Source: Gemmatimonadota bacterium | Lineage (GTDB): Bacteria; Gemmatimonadota; Gemmatimonadetes; Palauibacterales; KS3-K002 | DNA length: 64,000 nt | Direction: 5' to 3' | NCBI GenBank assembly: GCA_039586795.1 | Contig: JBDHJS010000032.1 | Location: 3,847-67,846 of the forward strand | Notes under the pieces: generated by a model | What the model was told of the DNA's origin: nothing | What the model saw: the letters and a program-made list of their open reading frames with translations, nothing else | The model's database searches: none | Translations under genes and position numbers: made by a program | Shown: piece by piece, positions 27,078 to 36,319 of the stretch | How the letters are laid out: the number at the start of each line of letters is the position of its first letter | How positions within the stretch are numbered: position 1 is the first letter of the stretch

Positions 27078-27968
27078 ATGGCCGACCCGATTATCCCGCG
27101 CGAGTTTCGAAACATGCAACGTCCGACGCTAGGCAAAGCGCTGATGCTGGTTCCGGCAGCGGCCGTCATGTTGGTTGCCGTTACGTTGCCATTCTCGTGC
27201 ACCACCGTTACCGACTACGAAGTCGCGGTTCTCAAGAACCCCATCACCGGCAACGTTGCGGATCAGTCGAACGGGCAGGGCTTGTACTTCGCGGCGCCGG
27301 CCTTCTTCTGGAAGCAGTACTCGAAGTACGACACGCGCGAGATTCAGTGGCCGAGTGGTTCTCAGAGCGAGAAAGCGGAGGCGCTGACCGCTGACCAGCT
27401 GACGATCAGCATCGATGCTTCCTATCGCTACCGCGTTTTGCCCGATAAGGTCGTCGATCTCTTCCTGGTGGTAGGCGATATGCGGGCCGTGAACAATTAC
27501 GTCTACACCTCTTACCGCACCGCGCTGCGTGACGCCATCGCCGAGCTAACCGGCACACAGATCCTGTCGACCGAGCGTCTTGGGATTGCGGCGCGGGTGG
27601 AGGAGCTGATGGACGAGGAGCTCGGTCCTAAGGGAATCCAGGTTGTGCGGTTCTTCGTGCGCGAGATCCAACCGCCGGCGACCGTCCGGCAAGCGATCGA
27701 GCTCAAGCTGCAGCGCGAGCAAGAGGTACAGTCGCAGAAGTTCCAGACTGAGATCGTGATGGAGCAGGCCGAACAGAAGCGGCAGGAAGCCTTGGGCATC
27801 CGCGACGCGCAGCAAATCATCGGCGCAAGCCTGACTTCGGAGTACCTGTCGTACTACTACATGCAAACGCTCCAGATAGTGGGCCAGGACGAAGGTACCG
27901 TCATCATTGCACCGACGGAGGGCGGCAATCTTCTGTTCGACGTACCGACATCACGGCGGAATCAGTAG
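27078..27968 (+). CDS. SPFH/Band-7 (prohibitin/HflC-like) membrane protein
   Basis: N-terminal TM anchor, an SPFH core (VLKNPITG...LTADQLTISIDASYRYRV) and a C-terminal coiled coil (QAIELKLQREQEVQSQKFQTE). Confidence 0.85.
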   Translation: MADPIIPREFRNMQRPTLGKALMLVPAAAVMLVAVTLPFSCTTVTDYEVAVLKNPITGNVADQSNGQGLYFAAPAFFWKQYSKYDTREIQWPSGSQSEKAEALTADQLTISIDASYRYRVLPDKVVDLFLVVGDMRAVNNYVYTSYRTALRDAIAELTGTQILSTERLGIAARVEELMDEELGPKGIQVVRFFVREIQPPATVRQAIELKLQREQEVQSQKFQTEIVMEQAEQKRQEALGIRDAQQIIGASLTSEYLSYYYMQTLQIVGQDEGTVIIAPTEGGNLLFDVPTSRRNQ

Positions 27969-27988
27969 CTGATCAGATGCTTGCGTTC

Positions 27989-28024
27989 CGGGCGCCCCGG
28001 CGTGAAGATGTACTGGGGCGCCCG
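27989..28024 (+). terminator. GC-rich hairpin after the SPFH gene
   Basis: CGGGCGCCCC-N16-GGGGCGCCCG. The downstream U-tract is weak. Confidence 0.35.
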
Positions 28025-28047
28025 AACGGATTTCAGGAGGTTCTGGC

Positions 28048-28716
28048 ATGATTACGCGGCTCACACCAAACCGGTTTGTGGTGGCGACCGCGGCGGTCGT
28101 AACGCTCTTGTCCTGCAGGCCCGTGCAGGAAGAGCCCGCCTACGATATTGCTCCAGTACTGATCAATCGCGATGAGATTACGCGCGCCATGCGATCGGTG
28201 GGCGCCGGCGTCGAAGCTCAGGTGATCCTGCTGGTTCGGGTGGACGAGCTGGGCTACGTGCAGGACGTCCGCGTTTCTCAGGGCTCGGGGAGTATCGATC
28301 TGGACAATGCGGCGGTGTGGATCGGCGAGCAGATGCGCTTCGAGCCGGCCCGTTACAACGGCGAGCCTGTGCCAGCGTTGGTGAGCGTGCCCGTGACGTT
28401 CGACCTGGTTGAACGAGTCAGCTATCCGCCGCGGCTGCGCAACGCGGATGTAGTAGCAAGAATGATCGTCAACGAGTACGGTGACGTACGCGGTCGTTGC
28501 AGTCTCCGTGTTCATGTCGGCCCAGAAGGGTGGATCAGGCAGACTCGCGCTCCAGCGGCGACGAACGACGAGGCGCGGTCCGCAGCACAGAGACTGATCG
28601 ATGAAGTAACGTTTTGGCCCGGTTACCGAGGCGATTCGCCGATCGCGGGTTGGGTAACGGTGGTCTTCGAGTTTGCGGGCCCCAACTCCCGCATCTTCAT
28701 CGAGTCTTCCGGTTAG
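28048..28716 (+). CDS. lipoprotein with two tandem TonB-C-like domains
   Basis: Lipobox LLSC. Two repeats match the TonB C-terminal pattern: ...VDELGYVQDVRVSQGSGSIDLDNAAVWIGEQMRFEPARYNGEPV... and a second, more divergent copy. Confidence 0.6.
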   Translation: MITRLTPNRFVVATAAVVTLLSCRPVQEEPAYDIAPVLINRDEITRAMRSVGAGVEAQVILLVRVDELGYVQDVRVSQGSGSIDLDNAAVWIGEQMRFEPARYNGEPVPALVSVPVTFDLVERVSYPPRLRNADVVARMIVNEYGDVRGRCSLRVHVGPEGWIRQTRAPAATNDEARSAAQRLIDEVTFWPGYRGDSPIAGWVTVVFEFAGPNSRIFIESSG

Positions 28717-28717
28717 A

Positions 28718-29839
28718 TCACTCCGACACGGTATCGGGTGCAGCGGTCGGCTTGCTCAGCGGCGGCCTGATCGTTGGCGCGTACCCGGCCAGGAAATCCA
28801 TCGCGCGCTCCTCAGCCCAGTACGACGGTCGCCAGGGTAGCGGGCCGGCCACGAACCCCGCGTGGCCACCACGGGGCGTGAATTCCGCGTGAAGCCATTC
28901 CGACCTATCCACTATCTTCCGCGGCAGACTCGATTCAGGGATGAAGGGATCATCGACGGCGCTGATCAGCAGCGTTGGTCGACGTATCTGATCCAGATAA
29001 TGTTGGGAACTGGATTTCTGCCAGTAGTCCACCGCGTCCTCGAACCCATGGAGGGGCGCCGTCGCGACATCGTCGTACTGGCGCCAGGTTCGAGCTCGTT
29101 CAATAGCCTCAGCGTCTAGCGTTCCGGGAAACTGCTCCGCTTTTGCCAGAACCTTCGGCTTCAGTGTCTTGAGGAAGAATCGGGTATAGAGACGACCAAG
29201 GCCGCGTGACATCTTCTGAGCTGACGCCTCCAGATCGTAGGGGACGGATATCGCGACGGCGGCCCGTAGCTCATCCACCGCGCGCGTTCCCTCTTCTCCG
29301 AGCCATTTGAGGAGAACGTTCCCGCCTAGCGAGACACCGACCGGGAGTATGGGCGCGCCCGGGTCACGTTTGGCCAGTTCGCTGATGACCCAGCCGAGGT
29401 CGCTCGTCTCGCCTGAATGGTACAGCCGTTGCGCCCGGTTGAGCTGGCCGCTACAGCCTCGGAAATTCATGGCGACGCCACGCCACCCCAGCTCCAATGC
29501 CCGCGCTAGCAGCCCGCGCACGTATCTTCGCTCGGAGGAGCCCTCGAGGCCGTGAATGACGAGGAGCTGTGGCGATGCGACCGGGCCGTCCGCGAAATCG
29601 AGGTCCAGGAAGTCCCCGTCTGGGGTGGTCCAACGGGCCCGCGTCGTCGGCACCTCGATCTGGGGCCGCAGCAATCGGTTCCAGATTGTCTGCAGATGAG
29701 CCCCTCTGATCCACCAGCCCGGCTGGAAGGGGTGCAAATCCCGGCGCCGGGCTTCGTCTGTCGCCTGTTCGCTCAGCTCTGTAGGGCCGTCACGAGTATC
29801 CAAATCGGCATCCGGTGCGGGCCGCCGGTTATGCGGCAC
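28718..29839 (-). CDS. alpha/beta hydrolase, YheT/ABHD-like
   Basis: FQPGWWIRGAHLQTIW N-terminal signature, LVIHGLEGSS and nucleophile GVSLGGN. GTG at 29839 is proposed as the start. The ORF is open to 30061, but that extension lacks features. Confidence 0.75.
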   Translation of the reverse strand: MPHNRRPAPDADLDTRDGPTELSEQATDEARRRDLHPFQPGWWIRGAHLQTIWNRLLRPQIEVPTTRARWTTPDGDFLDLDFADGPVASPQLLVIHGLEGSSERRYVRGLLARALELGWRGVAMNFRGCSGQLNRAQRLYHSGETSDLGWVISELAKRDPGAPILPVGVSLGGNVLLKWLGEEGTRAVDELRAAVAISVPYDLEASAQKMSRGLGRLYTRFFLKTLKPKVLAKAEQFPGTLDAEAIERARTWRQYDDVATAPLHGFEDAVDYWQKSSSQHYLDQIRRPTLLISAVDDPFIPESSLPRKIVDRSEWLHAEFTPRGGHAGFVAGPLPWRPSYWAEERAMDFLAGYAPTIRPPLSKPTAAPDTVSE

Positions 29840-30090
29840 GGTGACGATGATGTTCGGTATGGAAACCCAGGCTCGGCGGCAGGGGAGGCTCCAAGCGGGT
29901 CTCCGGGCCCGCGGCGGTAAGGGGCCGCTGGCCCGGGAGTTGCGGCAATTCTCGTGTTTTCTGGAAGTTGCCGCGAACCTGAATATATTGTGGCCGGCTA
30001 TCGGGTCGCGCCAGATCGGTGCGGCGAGCTCATTGACCGAACAGAACTCGGGACTGATCACAAGGTCAGCCCAGCGGATAGAGCGTAACG

Positions 30091-33000
30091 GTGATGAAGA
30101 CGAAGGTGAGAGTCGAATCTGAATCGCCTCCGATTGGGGCGATCGTCGACGCCATTCAAGCGAGCGCTGATCTCGGCCAGGGACCGGCGCTCAAGTCGTA
30201 TGCAGAAGAGCTGCTCAGTCGAGCGGTCCCCGACTTCTTCGCCGATCGGCGCGAAGGCGAGGTCGAGGAGATCGTCACGTCGATGTTCGACATGCTCCAG
30301 CGCACGCCACCCGATGAACTGGGCGTGCGGGTATATCAGCGCCCGGACTACGGTCACTGGGGCAGCGTCGAAATGGTTGTAAGAGACCGGCCGTTCATCG
30401 TCGATACAGTGCGCCAGCTCCTGACCTCGAAGGGGTTCGAGATTCGCCACCAGTTGCACCCGGTCGTGGTCGTTGAGCGCGATAAAAGCGACGCGATCAC
30501 CGATGTGCATGAGTGGAGGAGCGAAGGCGAGCGGACGTCGACGATGTACTGTGAGTTCGAAGGGCATCTGGATAAGGCGATAGTCGAGGCGCTGGAAGCG
30601 GAGATCCGGGCCTCCATGGAGGAGCTGCGGCTCGCCACCAGCGATTTCGAGGCGATGCTGGAGAAGACGGAAGTTGTCATAGCAGCTCTCCACAGCGAAG
30701 CCGAGATCAATCCAAGTAGAGCTGCCGAGTTCGAGGAAGCTGTCGCGTTTCTCGAGTGGCTGAAGAACAACAACTTCGTTTATCTGGGCTACCGGGAGTA
30801 CGATTTCACCCAGCAGGAGGATGGGCGTACCTCTGTAACAGTTAGCCGTGGATCGGGGCTCGGGATTCTTCGACGGGAATCGGATTCAGGGGTTTGGGAG
30901 CCGAGGCCCGTAGAGGATCTGCCGGCCGACCTCCGCGCTCGCGTGTTGCATGGTCCGTTGCTCGTCGTATCCAAGACGAACTCGGAGTCTCGCGTTCATC
31001 GTCGCGCCAGGATGGACTACGTGGGCCTGAAGAAGCACAACGAGCAGGGTGAGGTCGTCGGTGAGCGTCGCTTCCTTGGTCTGTTCACATGGCAGGCCTA
31101 TTCGGAGCCTAAGGGCAGCATCCCGATCCTGAGGGAGAAGCTCCGCGATGTACTGGCTATGGCCAACGTGCCGGAGGGCGCTCACGACTACAAAATGATC
31201 CTCGCGCTGTTCAACGAGATGCCGCTCGAGGAACTCTTTCTGCTCAGTGCGGAGGACCTGAGTCGACAGATATCCGCGGCGATGGCCACGGAGGGAACCG
31301 GTGACGTGCGTGTCGTCCTTACGCCGGAAGCGTTGGGCAGGGGCGTGAACGTGATGGTGATTCTCCCGAAGCGAAACTACACCGACGAAGTAAGGGGCCG
31401 TCTTCGCACGGAGTTGTCGCGGGCCATGGGCGGAACCATTCTCGATGACCATCTGGCGATCGGCGCCAGCGACGCGGCGCGACTCCATTTCTACATTTCG
31501 GCGCCGCCGGAGCGTGTCGATTCCGCCGACGTCGATTCGCTGCGAGCGTTGGCCGGCTCCATCGTTCGAACCTGGAAGCAGCGCCTCGCCGACGCACTAG
31601 ATGAGCGATATGAGGCTGAAGCCGCTCACCGACTGCAGCGAGCCTACTTCGACTCCTTCTCACCCGCGTATGTCGCCACAGTGGATGTCCAGACTGCGGT
31701 CGAGGACATCGCCCGGCTCGACGCGCTGCAGCAAAGCGGAGTGATGCAGGTTGCACTCGAGGACCACCAGAATGGCGGCCTGGAGGCCACCTCGCTGCGA
31801 CTGTTCGTCAAACGTGGCTCGATGATCCTGGCCGACGCCATGCCGGTGCTAGAAAACCTGGGGTTAAGAGTTATCGAGGCCGACGCCATGGATGTCGGGT
31901 CCGAAGAAAGTGCGGCCACCATTCACAAGTTCGTGGTTCAGGGGCCGGACTCCAGGCGTCTCGATCGCGCAGCGATCGGTGAACGTATGACCGCTACCCT
32001 GTGCGCGATCGCCACGATGCGGACCGACAACGACCAATTCAACGAACTGGTCATAACGGGAGGTCTGTCCTGGCAAGAGGTCTCGGTACTGCGTGCGTAC
32101 TCGGCTTACGCGTTTCAGGTGGGTGCGGTGACCAGTCGTCGTGCGGCCCCTGACGCGCTCGCAAACCACCCGGAGTGTGCTCGGCAGCTGATCGACGTAT
32201 TCCGCACCAAGTTTGACCCGGGCCTGGAAGGCGATCGCGCTGTTGAGCTCGAATCGTGTGTTGGTCGGTTTCGTGAATGCTTGCAGGCTGTCGACTCGAT
32301 ACTCGACGACCTGACGCTGCAGCGCCTGCAAAACCTGATCGACGCTACGGTCAGAACGAGTTACTTCCGCAACATCGGGCGTGACCTCAAGTGGCCACGG
32401 ACCACCTTCAAGTTCGACTGTGCGGCTATTCAGCAAATGCCAGATCCACGCCCGGCTCGTGAGATGTTCGTTCACGGCCCACGTACGTCGGGCCTGCATC
32501 TCCGTTTCGGTCCTGTGGCGCGCGGTGGTCTGCGATGGAGCGAGCGGCCGGACGATTTCCGCACCGAGGTCCTCGGTCTGGTGAAGACGCAGCAGGTAAA
32601 GAACACGGTGATCGTGCCGAGTGGAGCGAAGGGCGCCTTCTACGTGCGAAAGCCACCGGCGGATCGGTCGCAGATGGAAAGGGCGGTGCGCCAGTCGTAC
32701 GAAGGGTTCATCGGCGGCCTGCTCGACGTTACGGACAACGTGGTGAAGGGCAAAGTCGTACATCCACCCGACACCGTCATCTATGATGATGAGGACCCGT
32801 ACCTCGTCGTGGCAGCCGACAAGGGGACGGCCCGTTACTCGGACGTCGCCAATGGCATCGCCGGCGACAACGAGTTCTGGCTGGGCGATGCGTTCGCTTC
32901 GGGCGGTTCCCAGGGCTACGACCACAAGAAGGAGAAGATCACCGCGCGGGGGGCGTGGGAGTGCGTCCGTCACCACTTCCGCGAAATGGGTATTGATCCC

Positions 33001-34956
33001 AACGTCGATACTGTAACCGTCGTCGGTATAGGTGATATGAGCGGCGACGTGTTCGGGAACGGGATGCTGCTCAGCCGGACGATCAAACTGCTCGCCGCCT
33101 TCGACCACCGGCACATCTTCATCGACCCCGACCCCGATGTCGAGAAATCGTATGCGGAAAGGGAGCGGCTCTTTCAGCTGCCCAGCTCCAGTTGGGAAGA
33201 CTACGATCGCTCCCTCCTCAGTCCGGGCGGTGGCATCTTCTCGCGCGGTGCGAAGGAGATACGCCTGTCGGACGAGGCGCGCCAGCTATTCGACATAGAC
33301 GAACCTGTGGTGAACGGTCAGACGCTCATCAAAGCAATTCTCCGAGCACCGGCCGACCTGCTATGGAATGGAGGGATCGGCACCTATGTCAAAGCTCCCG
33401 ACGAGAGGGATGCTGACGTGGGTGACTCGGGCAACGACGCCGTCCGTATCGACTCCAGCGAACTCCGAGTCAAGGTGGTCGGGGAGGGCGGGAACCTGGG
33501 TCTGACCCAGCCCGCGCGGATCGAGTACGGATTGGATGGTGGTCACGTCAACACCGACGCCATCGACAATTCGGGTGGTGTTGATATGTCGGACCGCGAA
33601 GTCAATCTGAAGATCCTTTTGCAGCGACTGATGACGCGCAACCAGCTGACCGAAGATCAACGAAACGACCTGTTGGTCGAAGTGAAGGGCGATGTTGCCG
33701 AGAGGGTTCTGGCCAACAACAGATCGCAGGCGCGCGCACTCAGCCTGGAGCAGCTACGGGCACGCGAGCGCTTAGCAGATTTTAGAGATGCGTCGTATTT
33801 CTTGGAGGAGAACGCAGGTCTACGCCGTGCCCTCGAGTACATCCCAGGTTGGGGCCGCTTGCAGACGCGTAAAGAGGCGGGCAAGTCACTCACACGTCCG
33901 GAGCTCGCGGTCCTGCTCGCCTATAGCAAGATGAACCTGAAGCGGGAGGTCATCGCGTCGAGCTTGCCCGATGACCCGGCACTGCTGCGTTGTCTGCATC
34001 GCTACTTCCCGGCCGAGATCGCCGGGCGCGTGACAGAAGATGACCTGAAGACGCATCGGCTGGCTCGAGAGATCATCGCGACCGTGCTGACGAACAGGTT
34101 CATCGACCTGATGGGCAGCACGTTCATTCCGCGCGTCTCCCGTGACACCGGGGCGTCGCCGGCTGCCGTGGCGCGTGGCTGGTACGTCGCCGCGGAGATC
34201 ATGGGCGCGACTGAACTTCTCGAGCGTATCGAGCAGGCCAGAGATCGGTTGCCGGCTGAGCAGGAATACCGCTGGTTGCTGGCGCTGGATGGTGTACTCG
34301 ATCGAACGGTCCGCTGGGCAGTTGAGAACCTACCCGAGGACGTGGAAGTCGGTGGGGTCATCGAGAAGTTCCAGCGGCCAGTCGCCGAGCTGTGCGACAT
34401 TCTGCCGTCGATCGTTCAGGGCTCCCAGCAGGCGGCGTTCGAGGAGACGCTGGCGGAGCTAAAGAGCGGAGGCGTCTCGGAGGAGGTCGCGATCCGGGTG
34501 GCGGCGCTCCAGTTCCTTGAGGATCTCATGGAAGTGGTTCGAATCTCCACGGATGTGAAGCGTTCCGTCGCCGATGTCGGCCGCGTCTACTTCGCGCTCG
34601 CCGATGAGATCGATTTCGCGCTGTTGCTCGAACTACTGAAGATGACACCTGGCGAAGACGAATGGGAACAAAGAGCGGCTCAGGGACTGATTCAGGATCT
34701 CGGTCAGGCGCGGCGCAACCTGACGCTAGCGGTGATAAGAAAGAGCCGCAAAGGCGCCACTGTAGACGAGCAAGTCAATGAGCTTCGAACCGCGCATGGC
34801 CCGCGTTTGGCAGTGATGCGCGAGTCGCTGGAGGAGCTTCTGACATCTGAGAATATCAACCTGGCTGCGTTGACAGTGGCCACGAGGGAAACGGTTCGCC
34901 AGTCGCTGCTGATACTGGAGGGTCGCGGTAAGCTGACGACCAGCAACGGGAGATGA
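30091..34956 (+). CDS. gdhB: NAD-specific glutamate dehydrogenase, large (~180 kDa) bacterial type
   Basis: 1621 aa with a catalytic core including GGLRWSERPDDFRTEVLGLVKTQQVKNTVIVPSGAKGAFY and VVAADKGTA. GTG 30091 or ATG 30094 start. Confidence 0.95.
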   Translation: MMKTKVRVESESPPIGAIVDAIQASADLGQGPALKSYAEELLSRAVPDFFADRREGEVEEIVTSMFDMLQRTPPDELGVRVYQRPDYGHWGSVEMVVRDRPFIVDTVRQLLTSKGFEIRHQLHPVVVVERDKSDAITDVHEWRSEGERTSTMYCEFEGHLDKAIVEALEAEIRASMEELRLATSDFEAMLEKTEVVIAALHSEAEINPSRAAEFEEAVAFLEWLKNNNFVYLGYREYDFTQQEDGRTSVTVSRGSGLGILRRESDSGVWEPRPVEDLPADLRARVLHGPLLVVSKTNSESRVHRRARMDYVGLKKHNEQGEVVGERRFLGLFTWQAYSEPKGSIPILREKLRDVLAMANVPEGAHDYKMILALFNEMPLEELFLLSAEDLSRQISAAMATEGTGDVRVVLTPEALGRGVNVMVILPKRNYTDEVRGRLRTELSRAMGGTILDDHLAIGASDAARLHFYISAPPERVDSADVDSLRALAGSIVRTWKQRLADALDERYEAEAAHRLQRAYFDSFSPAYVATVDVQTAVEDIARLDALQQSGVMQVALEDHQNGGLEATSLRLFVKRGSMILADAMPVLENLGLRVIEADAMDVGSEESAATIHKFVVQGPDSRRLDRAAIGERMTATLCAIATMRTDNDQFNELVITGGLSWQEVSVLRAYSAYAFQVGAVTSRRAAPDALANHPECARQLIDVFRTKFDPGLEGDRAVELESCVGRFRECLQAVDSILDDLTLQRLQNLIDATVRTSYFRNIGRDLKWPRTTFKFDCAAIQQMPDPRPAREMFVHGPRTSGLHLRFGPVARGGLRWSERPDDFRTEVLGLVKTQQVKNTVIVPSGAKGAFYVRKPPADRSQMERAVRQSYEGFIGGLLDVTDNVVKGKVVHPPDTVIYDDEDPYLVVAADKGTARYSDVANGIAGDNEFWLGDAFASGGSQGYDHKKEKITARGAWECVRHHFREMGIDPNVDTVTVVGIGDMSGDVFGNGMLLSRTIKLLAAFDHRHIFIDPDPDVEKSYAERERLFQLPSSSWEDYDRSLLSPGGGIFSRGAKEIRLSDEARQLFDIDEPVVNGQTLIKAILRAPADLLWNGGIGTYVKAPDERDADVGDSGNDAVRIDSSELRVKVVGEGGNLGLTQPARIEYGLDGGHVNTDAIDNSGGVDMSDREVNLKILLQRLMTRNQLTEDQRNDLLVEVKGDVAERVLANNRSQARALSLEQLRARERLADFRDASYFLEENAGLRRALEYIPGWGRLQTRKEAGKSLTRPELAVLLAYSKMNLKREVIASSLPDDPALLRCLHRYFPAEIAGRVTEDDLKTHRLAREIIATVLTNRFIDLMGSTFIPRVSRDTGASPAAVARGWYVAAEIMGATELLERIEQARDRLPAEQEYRWLLALDGVLDRTVRWAVENLPEDVEVGGVIEKFQRPVAELCDILPSIVQGSQQAAFEETLAELKSGGVSEEVAIRVAALQFLEDLMEVVRISTDVKRSVADVGRVYFALADEIDFALLLELLKMTPGEDEWEQRAAQGLIQDLGQARRNLTLAVIRKSRKGATVDEQVNELRTAHGPRLAVMRESLEELLTSENINLAALTVATRETVRQSLLILEGRGKLTTSNGR

Positions 34957-34960
34957 GGAT

Positions 34961-36166
34961 ATGGCCAAGGGCAAGTCGGAGACTGATTGGGGAATCGCGA
35001 CTCGTGTAATCCACGCGGCAACCGGTGGCGGCATGGCGGTCGGTCCCGGTGGCGGAGCATCCGTAGCCGCCCCCATATGGCAAACGTCCACCTTCGAATT
35101 CGGCAAGCCTGAGGAGGTAGCGGGCGCAGCAACGGCTACCCAGCCGGAGACGTTCTATACCCGTTATGGGAATCCCAACTTCAGCGCTGTCCAGGAAGCG
35201 ATAGCTGTCCTCGAGGGTGGAGATGCGGCTCTGGTGACTGCGTCCGGTATGGCCGCGATCATGTTGGTTTATCTCGGGCTTTTGAAGAACGGGGACCACC
35301 TGGTTGCTCAGACATGCCACTACGTGGGGACGATGAAGGCGTTGGAGGTCTGGTTGCCTCGCTACGGGATCGAAGTCACCATGGTGGACCAGACGGATCT
35401 GAACGCTTTCGCCGACGCGATCCGTCCGAACACGCGCCTCATCTATTTGGAGACGCCGACCAACCCAACGCTTACCGTTACCGACATTGCAGGCGTCGCC
35501 GGGATCGCCCGGGAGCGTGGCATCCTGACGTGCCTGGACAACACTTTCGCCACGCCGATCAACCAGCGGCCTCTCGAACACGGGATCGACTTGGTCGTCC
35601 ACAGTGCAACCAAGTACCTGGGCGGTCACAGCGACATCACGGCGGGTTTCGTTGTGGGAAGCAACGAGCTAATCGAGCAGCTCTGGTTCGGGCATATCAT
35701 TCATGGCGGCATCTCGCATCCGTTCGAGTCCTGGCTTCTGGGTCGCGGACTTCAGACGCTCCCGTTCCGAGTTGCTCGCCACAACGCGAATGCTGTGGCG
35801 ATGGCCGAGTTCCTCGAGGGCCATGCCGCGGTCGAGCGCGTGTACTACCCGGGCCTCGCATCACACCCGCAGCACGAGCAAGCCAAGAAGCAGATGGATG
35901 GCTTCGGCGGAATGGTGGTGTTCGAGCTGGCGGGCGGATTCGATGCGGCCCGTGATTTTGCCGCTCGTATGGAGCTGGCGCGTCGGGCGGTCAGTCTCGG
36001 TGGAACGGAGACGCTGGCCGTACATGCTGCTTCGATGATCCATGCACGGCTCACACCTGAGCAGCGCGCCGCGGCGGGCATCTCTGAGAACCTGATTCGG
36101 GTGTCGATCGGGCTCGAGGATCCTGAAGATATCATCGCTGATTTCGATCGGGCGCTGACCGGTTAA
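34961..36166 (+). CDS. Cys/Met-metabolism PLP-dependent enzyme (cystathionine gamma-synthase / beta-lyase / methionine gamma-lyase family)
   Basis: YTRYGNPN and the PLP lysine motif HSATKYLGGHSD. Starts 4 nt after the gdh stop. Confidence 0.9.
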   Translation: MAKGKSETDWGIATRVIHAATGGGMAVGPGGGASVAAPIWQTSTFEFGKPEEVAGAATATQPETFYTRYGNPNFSAVQEAIAVLEGGDAALVTASGMAAIMLVYLGLLKNGDHLVAQTCHYVGTMKALEVWLPRYGIEVTMVDQTDLNAFADAIRPNTRLIYLETPTNPTLTVTDIAGVAGIARERGILTCLDNTFATPINQRPLEHGIDLVVHSATKYLGGHSDITAGFVVGSNELIEQLWFGHIIHGGISHPFESWLLGRGLQTLPFRVARHNANAVAMAEFLEGHAAVERVYYPGLASHPQHEQAKKQMDGFGGMVVFELAGGFDAARDFAARMELARRAVSLGGTETLAVHAASMIHARLTPEQRAAAGISENLIRVSIGLEDPEDIIADFDRALTG

Positions 36167-36169
36167 CTC

Positions 36170-36243
36170 AATACTCAACACCTAACACCTAACGCTCAAT
36201 GTCCAAGTGATGATTGAGCGTTAGTTGTTAGGTGTTGAGCATT
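36170..36243. repeat. 74-bp AT-rich imperfect palindrome (31-bp arms, 12-nt loop), possible terminator or REP/MITE-like element
   Basis: Left arm AATACTCAACACCTAACACCTAACGCTCAAT, loop GTCCAAGTGATG, right arm ATTGAGCGTTAGTTGTTAGGTGTTGAGCATT, with 2 mismatches. The arms contain tandem heptamers CACCTAA. Confidence 0.85.
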
Positions 36244-36254
36244 ATATTTCGCCG

Positions 36255-36284
36255 TTGACACCGGTCGGGCTACCGCCGTACAGT
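36255..36284 (+). promoter_or_regulatory. candidate sigma-70-type promoter for the tricorn-like gene
   Basis: TTGACA-N18-TACAGT, 36-54 nt upstream of the candidate start codons. Confidence 0.3.
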
Positions 36285-36319
36285 CACTCGCTGCCAATCA
36301 TCATCCAGGAACTCACCAA

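Noticed and set aside
29840-30061. 74-codon N-terminal extension of the YheT-like hydrolase ORF
   Set aside because: The extension is Arg/Pro/Cys-rich and precedes the family-typical N-terminus. An internal GTG at 29839 gives a normal-length protein. The start remains uncertain.
31864-33114. 416-aa ORF antisense to the large glutamate dehydrogenase gene
   Set aside because: It is a shadow ORF within a gene whose catalytic motifs are unambiguous on the plus strand.
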